From assembly GCA_965219685.1 (NCBI GenBank), contig CBDCOH010000002.1, positions 1,344,001-1,408,000 of the forward strand: a stretch of DNA of 64,000 nt. Reading direction: 5' to 3'. Positions 57,423 through 64,000 of this stretch are shown piece after piece (the stretch's first letter is position 1; each line of letters starts with the position of its first letter). Under the pieces are notes generated by a model, which was given only the letters and a program-made list of their open reading frames with translations, was not told the origin of the DNA and did no database searches. Origin of the DNA: Candidatus Spongiisociaceae bacterium (GTDB taxonomy: Bacteria > Actinomycetota > Acidimicrobiia > Spongiisociales > Spongiisociaceae). The translations under genes were made by a program, and so were the position numbers.

Positions 57423-58388
57423 ATGGGCGAGATCGAAGCGACCTGGGACTTTCGCGACCCGTACCTGTGGATGCAGAAGACGGCGCGGAGCGCGTTGCCG
57501 CCTTTGATCATCACCGCGGCCATCAGCGGCGGCGGCCACGGTAAGGAGTCGAACGCGGCCCTGCCGGAGACGCCGGAGGAACAGGCCGCGGAGGCCCGCC
57601 GGGCGTACGAGGCCGGGGCCTCGCAGATCCACGTGCACGTGAGGGACCCGCAGGACTGGAGCCAGTGCAGTGGCAACCGGGAGGACTACGGGCGGGTCAA
57701 CCGGATGATCCGCGAGCAGTGCCCGGACGTGATCATCAACAACAGCACCGGCGGGGGCCCGACGCTAACCACCGAGGAGCGTTATTCGCCCCTGTTCGCC
57801 GATCCGGCGCCCGACGTGGCGACGCTCAATCTCGGACCCTTCGTCTCGCGCTTCACAATGCCCGAGAGGCCCGACCACCTGCCGCATCCACGGGGACCCG
57901 TCGAGTACGACATGTGCAGCGGGACGACCTACGGCGAGCTCAACCACTACGCCTCGGTGATCGCCGAGCGCGGCATGAAACCAGAATTGGAGATCTACGA
58001 CCCCGGCCAGTACTGGGTGCTCCGGGACCTCATCTACAACCAGAACGTGACCCCTCCCTACATGGTCCAGTTCGTCCTGGGCGCGCAGACGGCATCCTTC
58101 CCGACCCCCGCCAACCTCACGTCGCTCATCAGCGAGCTGCCCGCCGGAGCCCTGTTCTCGGTGATCGGGACGGGACCGTTCCAGATCCCGATGAACGTCC
58201 TGGGAATCCTCCTCGGCGGCCACGTGCGAGTGGGGCTGGAGGACAACATCTACTACCGGCGGGGAGAGAAGGCAACCGGTAACGCGCAACTGGTGAGCCG
58301 CATCCGGCGCATCGCCGAGGAGATGAACCGGGAGATCGCCACCCCCGCCCAGGCCCGCCAGATGCTCGACCTCCCGCAGGTCGCATGA
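57423..58388 (+). CDS. Beta-keto acid cleavage enzyme (BKACE/DUF849, Kce-like)
   Basis: IITAAISG, LPETPEE, AGASQIHVHVRD, STGG, KPELEIYD, GGHVRVGLEDN. Confidence 0.93.
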   Translation: MGEIEATWDFRDPYLWMQKTARSALPPLIITAAISGGGHGKESNAALPETPEEQAAEARRAYEAGASQIHVHVRDPQDWSQCSGNREDYGRVNRMIREQCPDVIINNSTGGGPTLTTEERYSPLFADPAPDVATLNLGPFVSRFTMPERPDHLPHPRGPVEYDMCSGTTYGELNHYASVIAERGMKPELEIYDPGQYWVLRDLIYNQNVTPPYMVQFVLGAQTASFPTPANLTSLISELPAGALFSVIGTGPFQIPMNVLGILLGGHVRVGLEDNIYYRRGEKATGNAQLVSRIRRIAEEMNREIATPAQARQMLDLPQVA

Positions 58389-58443
58389 GCGGCCATGGCT
58401 GTCAGGTGAGCACCGAACTCGGCGACGGACCGGGAGGGTCCGG

Positions 58444-59781
58444 GTGGTAGGCGCCGGTCCGCGCCGCCAGGTCCTCAACCTGGGTTCGTTCCCCGTCACC
58501 GATGTCCGGGCAGGCTCCGCCACGGCCCTGGCCGGCGGAGTGCTCACCGTCGACCTCGAGGAACTGGAGAGGATGCTGTCCGACGATCCCAACTTCGCCG
58601 CAGTCTCGGTGAGGATCGTCAGGCCGGGAGACCCGGTTAGGGTCATCAACGCCATCGACGCCGTCGAGCCGCGGATCAAGGTAGACCCCGTGGGCGCTGA
58701 CTTCTCGGGACTGCTCACCACGCCCCGGTTTGTCGGCCTCGGCACGACCCACGCCCTCAAGGGGGTGGCGGTGGTCGAGACCGCCCTTCCGGTGCCGGGA
58801 GAGCCCCGCTACTGGCGTGAGGCGATCTTCGACATGGCCGGACCCACCGCCAAGTACTCCCCCCTTTCCGAGCTTTTCAACGTGGTGGTCTCGTGCGAGC
58901 CCACCCGGGCCCTGCTGGAGAGCAGCGACCGGCCCACCAACGTCTTCGAGGGAACGCCGGAGGCGGTGGAGTACAACAAGGCGGTCCGGCTAGCGGGTCT
59001 CAGGGCGGCAACTTACCTGGCCGAGACAACCCTGGGGATGGAACCCGAGCGGTCGGACACCTACGACCTGGCCCCGTCACCCGCCGACGGCCTGCCGGCC
59101 GTCGTGTATCTGTACCAACTCGCCATCCCGTTCCTGCACGGCGAGATCGCTCCCGGCGCCGGCGCGATCGGCGGAGCGGCCCACCTTCCCACGCCGATCC
59201 ACCCGAACGAACTGCTCGACGGTGCGCTGGTGTGCGGCTGGAACGCCATAGCCTGCATGAGGGAGCTCACCTACACCGTGCAGAACCATCCCATCATCGA
59301 GGATCTGTACGCCCGCCACGGCCACGACATCGACTTCCGCGGCGTCGTGCTGTTCACCAACGGCGACACGCGCGCCGCCAAGGAGCGTTTGGCCAACCAC
59401 GCGGCCAACCTGGCGATCATGATGGGCGCCGAGGGGGCGCTGATCAACTACGCCGGAGGTGGGCATCCCGCCGTCGACGCCATGATGATCTGCAGGAATC
59501 TCGAGCGGCGGGGAGTGACGACCACGATGCTGTCCATGGAGATGGCCGCCAATCCCGGCGAGTCCGGCTTCGTCCACTTCGTCCCGGAGGCCGATGCCAT
59601 CGTGAGCACCGGGAACTACGAGGAGACGGTCCCGTTCGAGCCGGTGGAGCAGGTCATCGGGGGTGACGCGATGATCCAGATCGAAAGCGACCCAGCCGGC
59701 GCGTTCGAAGCCCCATTGGCCATCGTCATGGCCAGCACCCACCAGTTCGGCGGAACACACATACGAGGCGAGGAGTACTGA
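58444..59781 (+). CDS. Glycine/sarcosine/betaine reductase component B proprotein (GrdE-like)
   Basis: DAVEPRIK, GTTHALKGVAV, LPTPIHPNELLDGALV, IACMRELTY.VQNHPII..LY, ADAIVSTGN. Confidence 0.85.
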   Translation: MVGAGPRRQVLNLGSFPVTDVRAGSATALAGGVLTVDLEELERMLSDDPNFAAVSVRIVRPGDPVRVINAIDAVEPRIKVDPVGADFSGLLTTPRFVGLGTTHALKGVAVVETALPVPGEPRYWREAIFDMAGPTAKYSPLSELFNVVVSCEPTRALLESSDRPTNVFEGTPEAVEYNKAVRLAGLRAATYLAETTLGMEPERSDTYDLAPSPADGLPAVVYLYQLAIPFLHGEIAPGAGAIGGAAHLPTPIHPNELLDGALVCGWNAIACMRELTYTVQNHPIIEDLYARHGHDIDFRGVVLFTNGDTRAAKERLANHAANLAIMMGAEGALINYAGGGHPAVDAMMICRNLERRGVTTTMLSMEMAANPGESGFVHFVPEADAIVSTGNYEETVPFEPVEQVIGGDAMIQIESDPAGAFEAPLAIVMASTHQFGGTHIRGEEY

Positions 59782-59790
59782 GGGGTTCCC

Positions 59791-61116
59791 ATGGCCAAGA
59801 TCGTCCACTATCTCAACCAGTTCTTCGGAGGGATGGGCGGCGAGGACCGCGCCGGCACCGGCCCGGTCTCCCAACCCGGTCCGGTGGGAACGGGCCGCGG
59901 ACTGGCCCGTCTCCTGGAGGCCGACCACCGGATCGTGGGGACGGTGATCTGCGGCGACAACTACATGGCACAGGGAGGGGCACCGGCCGTCGACGAGGTG
60001 GTCGAGTTGATTTCCGGGTTCGGTCCGGATGTGGTGGTCGCCGGGCCGGCCTTCGGATCCGGGCGGTACGGCCTGGCCTGCGGTGCGGTCTGCCGGGCGG
60101 TGACCGACCGGCTCGGCATCCCGGCCGTGACGGGGCTCCACGCCGACAGCCCGGGCGCCGCCGAGTGCCGGGCATGGGTTCCGATTCTCGCCACTGCCGA
60201 GACTGCCGCAGGCATGGGTGTCGCGCTCGAGAACCTCGCCCGGCTGGCCATGAAACTCGCACGCGGTGAGGAGTTGGGGAGCGCCGACGAAGAGGGGATT
60301 CTCACCAGGGGCCTTCGCCGCAACAAGTTCGAAGACCTGCGCGGATCGACCAGGGCGATCGAGATGCTGCTCTCCAAGATGCGAGGGGAGCCTTTCAGGA
60401 CGGAGTGGCCACTCCCCCGCTACGAACCTGCGGAACCTTCCGAGCCGATAGAAAGGGGCGCCCCCTTCCGGCTGGCACTGGTAACCGAGGCGGGGATCGT
60501 CCCGGCGGGAAACCCCGACCGGCTGCCATCCGGTTGGGCGACCGACTGGATGACCTACACGATCCACGACCGGGACGGCTTCGCGGAGGGCGAGTTCGAA
60601 TCGGTCCATGGCGGTATCGACACCAGCTTCGCCAACCGTGATCCCGATCGCCAGGTTCCGCTCGATGTGGCCCGATCGATGGAGCAGGAGGGCCGGTTCA
60701 GCCTCCATCCCGAGCTGCTCAGCACAACGGGAAACATGGGCACCCTCCGTGACATGACCCGCATCGGTGCCGAGATGGGACGCGCGTTGATCGCCGACGG
60801 CGTTCAGGCCGCCATCGTCGGTTCCACCTGAGGGACGGGGACGCGTAGCGGGTCTACGCTTGCGAAGTCGATCGAGAACCAGGGCGTTCCGGCCGCCCTG
60901 GTTACGGCGCTGGTACCGCTGGCGGAGTCGGTGGGGGTGCTGCGAATCGTCCAGGGCAAGGCCGTCACCCATCCGTTCGGCGACCCGACCCTCGAGGCCG
61001 CCGACGAACTCACGTATCGCAGGCTGGTGGTCGAGACCGCCATCACCGCTCTGGAAACGAACGTGGCGGAACCCACGGTGTTCGAAGTAGGAGATCGAAC
61101 GGCCGCGGTGGGGTAA
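59791..61116 (+). CDS. grdB: Glycine/sarcosine/betaine reductase selenoprotein B family (Sec at UGA 60829-60831), 441 aa
   Basis: KIVHYLNQFFGGMGGED, AGPAF.SGRYG.AC, ALVTEAGIVP.GNPD, VHGG.D, DPDR.VPLD, TGN. Homology continues in frame past the UGA (GST-U-GTGTRSG.TLAKSIE..GVP...HPFGDP) to TAA 61114-61116. Symbol is family-level; substrate unknown. Confidence 0.9.
60843..60859 (+). promoter_or_regulatory. Bacterial SECIS element
   Basis: 17-nt hairpin GCGTAG-CGGGT-CTACGC starting 11 nt after the UGA, with a G-rich apical loop. Confidence 0.75.
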
Positions 61117-61157
61117 AATGCATAGCTAGCCGTCACTTTTCGGCTGTTTTCGACGGC

Positions 61158-62303
61158 ATGATGTACACAAGCTCACCCAGGCACCACAACGGAGCTTCTT
61201 TCTGCTTGGCGTGAGAGGAGTCGGCAAGAGCACTTGGGCGCGCTCCGTGCTGCCGGACGCATTGCGCCTCGACCTGCTCGACGAGGCGCTGTTCACCGAC
61301 CTGCTGACCGACCCGTCACTATTCGCAAGGCTTATCTCCGGGCGACACAGCGGTCAGTGGGTGGTGGTGGACGAGATACAGCGGATACCGAGCCTGCTCA
61401 ACGAGGTGCACCGCACATCGAGGAGAGCGGTATCCGGTTCGCGCTGCTGGGTTCGAGCGCCCGCAAGCTGAAGACCGCCGGGACCAACCTCCTGGCAGGC
61501 CGAGCCCTGCGCAAGGTGATGTACCCGCTCACCGCTGCCGAACTCGGCGACGACTTCGACCTCGACCAAGTGCTCCAGTACGGCACGATCCCACTCGTCT
61601 GGGTCTCGGATGAGCGCCGCGAGGCGCTCGAGAGCTACACCCAGCTCTACCTGCGGGAGGAGATCAGGGCCGAAGCGGTGGTGCGGAACCTGGCCGGATT
61701 CGTACGGTTCCTGCCAATCGCCGCGCTGATGCACGCCCAACTCGTGAACGCGGCCGGCATCGCACGTGACGCCGGTGTCGCCCGATCCACGGTCAATGGC
61801 TACTTGGAGATCCTGGAGGACACTCTCGTGGCCACCCGGCTACCGGCGTTAGACACCAAGCTTCGGGTACGTGAGCGTCGGCGACCGAAGCTCTACTGGG
61901 TGGATCCCGGCCTGGTAAGGGCCATCAAGCGACGCCTCGGGACGGTGGCCTCTGAGAAACCGGGCCCGCTCTTGGAAGGATGGGTGTTCGGCACCCTCCG
62001 GGCCCACGCCGAACACCACCATCTCTACGACGACATCGCATACTGGGCCCCGGCCCAGTCGCAGACCGAGGTCGTTTCGTCCTCACCCGCGACGGAAGGC
62101 ACCTCGCCATCGAAGTCAAGGCCGCTCGGCGCTACCACACGTCCATGGTCAAAGGCCAGCGGGCCATCGCGGATCTGGCAGGACTGACCCGCCGCATCCT
62201 GGTCTACACCGGCCCGCACACCTTCCGCACGAACGACGGCATCGAGGTCTGGCCTCTCACCACCTTCCATGAAGTCATCGCCGAGGACCGCCTCTGGCCC
62301 TGA
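61158..62303 (+). pseudogene. Frameshifted AAA_14/DUF4143 ATPase
   Basis: GVRGVGKST/VVDEIQR, LLGSSARKL...PKLYWVDPG and AIEVKA lie in different frames (shifts near 61180, 61415 and 62075). Confidence 0.8.
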
Positions 62304-62409
62304 ACCGGACACGCAACTCACCCTGGACCGACACCACCACGTTCACCACACCCACGGCCCCGGCAGCCCCCCAGGGCGCAGGAACATCGCGACGTCAGTG
62401 GTCAGGTGT

Positions 62410-62437
62410 CAACGGACAACGAGCAACGGACAACGGA
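62410..62437. repeat. Heptamer tandem repeat (CAACGGA-like)x4
   Basis: CAACGGA CAACGAG CAACGGA CAACGGA, just past the stop of the minus-strand deaminase. Confidence 0.75.
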
Positions 62438-62444
62438 TCCAGCC

Positions 62445-63848
62445 CTAACGCCTCCAAGGGGTAAGGAGGCCATGCAGGCCGGCCCGGTCGATGAGGTCTT
62501 CGGAGCGGGATTGCGCCTCCTCCATGACCTCGTCCTCGTCGACCATGGTGCAGCGGCCGTTCTCGAGAACGATCCGGCCGTCGATGATGGAGTGGACCAC
62601 GTCAGAGCCCCGGGCACAGTAGGTGAGCGCCGAGACGGTCCGGTGCCAGGGCGTCAGGTGGGGACTCTTCATGTTCACGACGATCAGGTCGGCCAACTTG
62701 CCGGGGGCGATCACTCCGGCCTCGATGTTCGCGTAACGGGCACCCTCCCTCGTCGCCATCTCCAGAGCCTCCTCACCGTTGCTGATGGTCGGCTCCAGGG
62801 TGTGCACGCGTTGCAGGAGGATGGCCTGCTTCATCACCTCGAACATGTCCTGGCGGTGGTTGCAGCACGGTCCGTCGGTACCGAGGCCGATCGGAGCGCC
62901 GGACGCGCGCAGTTCGCGCAGTCTCATCACCCCGAGAGCGATGTACTGGTGGGAGATCGGGCAGTAGGCGATTCCTGTCTCTGTCTCGCCCACATGGTCG
63001 ATCTCGGCGTCATCCAGGTAGATACCGTGGGCGATGGTCGCCTCGGGTCCCAGCAGGCCTTCCTTGTACAGCCACTCGACCGGCCGGATGCCGTACTCCT
63101 CGAGGTAGGTCGGCGGATCCTCCAGACGCTCCGAGCAGTGGGTGTGCCACCCGACCCCGCCCTCGCGGGCCAGCGCCACGCTGCGCCGGACCAGGTCCTG
63201 GTCGTTGTAGATGATGTTGAGCGGCGCCGGCCAGACCTCGACCCGCCCACCGGCCGGGTACTCCTCCATGGCGGTGCGGGTGATCTCCATCTCCTCGTCG
63301 TTGGTGTAGGAGAAGAGTTCCCCGGCGAGGTTGTACCGGCGGGCGATGTCGGTCGCCTCGCCGGTGATCCCCCGCGCCACGGCACCCCGCAACCCCACCT
63401 CTCCGATGGCGCCTGCCACGGCCAGGGTGGTGTCGAGATCCGACGGCGCGTAGTGGAGATCGACAACGGTGGTGGTACCGGCCTTGAGCGCCTCCACCGC
63501 TCCCAGCCTCGCTCCGATCCGGCCTTCCTCCAGGTTGATGGAGATCGAGAACGGCCACATGAAGTCGGTCAGCCAGGTCCACAGCGGCATCCCCTCACCG
63601 AGGCCGCGGGCCAGGCCTTGGAACAGGTGGTTGTGGGTATCGATCAACCCGGGGAGGACGGCGGACCCGGAGCAGTCGATGGTGCGCGCTGCCCGGTATC
63701 CGGCCATGTCCTCGTCGGAGCCGACCGCCACGATGCGGTTGCCCGACACCGCGACGGTTCCCGGATCGATTACCCGGCGCTCGTCGTCGACGGTCACCAC
63801 GGAGCCTCCGGTCAGGAGGAGGTCGCACTCTCGGTTTGTCTCGTTCAT
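62445..63848 (-). CDS. Metal-dependent deaminase/chlorohydrolase, paralogue of 55046-56470
   Basis: PGLIDTHNH, HTHCSE, IAHG, GTDG; VWPAPLNIIY and CPISHQYIALG shared with the paralogue. Confidence 0.92.
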   Translation of the reverse strand: MNETNRECDLLLTGGSVVTVDDERRVIDPGTVAVSGNRIVAVGSDEDMAGYRAARTIDCSGSAVLPGLIDTHNHLFQGLARGLGEGMPLWTWLTDFMWPFSISINLEEGRIGARLGAVEALKAGTTTVVDLHYAPSDLDTTLAVAGAIGEVGLRGAVARGITGEATDIARRYNLAGELFSYTNDEEMEITRTAMEEYPAGGRVEVWPAPLNIIYNDQDLVRRSVALAREGGVGWHTHCSERLEDPPTYLEEYGIRPVEWLYKEGLLGPEATIAHGIYLDDAEIDHVGETETGIAYCPISHQYIALGVMRLRELRASGAPIGLGTDGPCCNHRQDMFEVMKQAILLQRVHTLEPTISNGEEALEMATREGARYANIEAGVIAPGKLADLIVVNMKSPHLTPWHRTVSALTYCARGSDVVHSIIDGRIVLENGRCTMVDEDEVMEEAQSRSEDLIDRAGLHGLLTPWRR

Positions 63849-63863
63849 CTGGCCAACCTCCTT

Positions 63864-64000
63864 CTATCCGGCGGCTGTCCCGCCTGTATCCTCATCACGG
63901 TCCGGGATCCGCAGGAGGCGAGAGGCGGTGCCCCCCATGATCGCCGCGAGCTCGTCCGGCGTCAGTGCGGGCCCCCCGACCTGTTCGGCCACCCGGTTGA
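63864..64000 (-). CDS. C-terminus of amidohydrolase_2 paralogue 6 (5' part outside window)
   Basis: NRVAEQVGGPALTPDELAAIMGGTASRLL matches NRVAREREAEPFTDEEMAAIMGGSAARLY of paralogue 5. Confidence 0.8.
   Translation of the reverse strand, partial: NRVAEQVGGPALTPDELAAIMGGTASRLLRIPDRDEDTGGTAAG

Noticed and set aside
60829-60831. UGA in grdB as a nonsense mutation (pseudogene)
   Set aside because: It falls exactly at the family's Sec position and is followed by a correctly spaced SECIS-like hairpin and an intact C-terminal domain.

Overview
High-GC bacterial window, probably Actinomycetota and possibly Acidimicrobiia. That placement is an inference from the F420-type PPOX gene and the Thr/Pro-linker lipoprotein SBPs. 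Two themes dominate. (1) A defence island at about 5.0-24.2 kb: Fic, a type I R-M system whose HsdR carries a C-terminal Schlafen/AlbA_2 domain, a GIY-YIG nuclease between a ghost 5' hsdR copy and the real hsdR, a GmrSD-like DUF262-DUF1524 nuclease and a 1518-aa Avs-like STAND NTPase. A second GmrSD sits at 46.5-48.3 kb. (2) A large catabolic region: six paralogues of one amidohydrolase_2 subfamily (of the five whose ligand positions are visible, only one keeps the canonical metal ligands), two SAH/MTA-deaminase-like paralogues, three NitT/TauT-type ABC permease sets, GcvT-like, PhyH, nitrilase, enolase-family and acyl-CoA enzymes, and a BKACE-GrdE-like-GrdB-like operon. In that operon the GrdB homologue is a selenoprotein (in-frame UGA plus SECIS-like hairpin) that lacks both cysteines of the canonical UxxCxxC motif. 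Also seen: several toxin-antitoxin loci with intact antitoxins and toxins cut down to stubs, three copies of a small inverted-repeat element, a 6S-like structured RNA candidate and a likely ATT start codon. All family calls come from motif recognition by eye; no database search was run.
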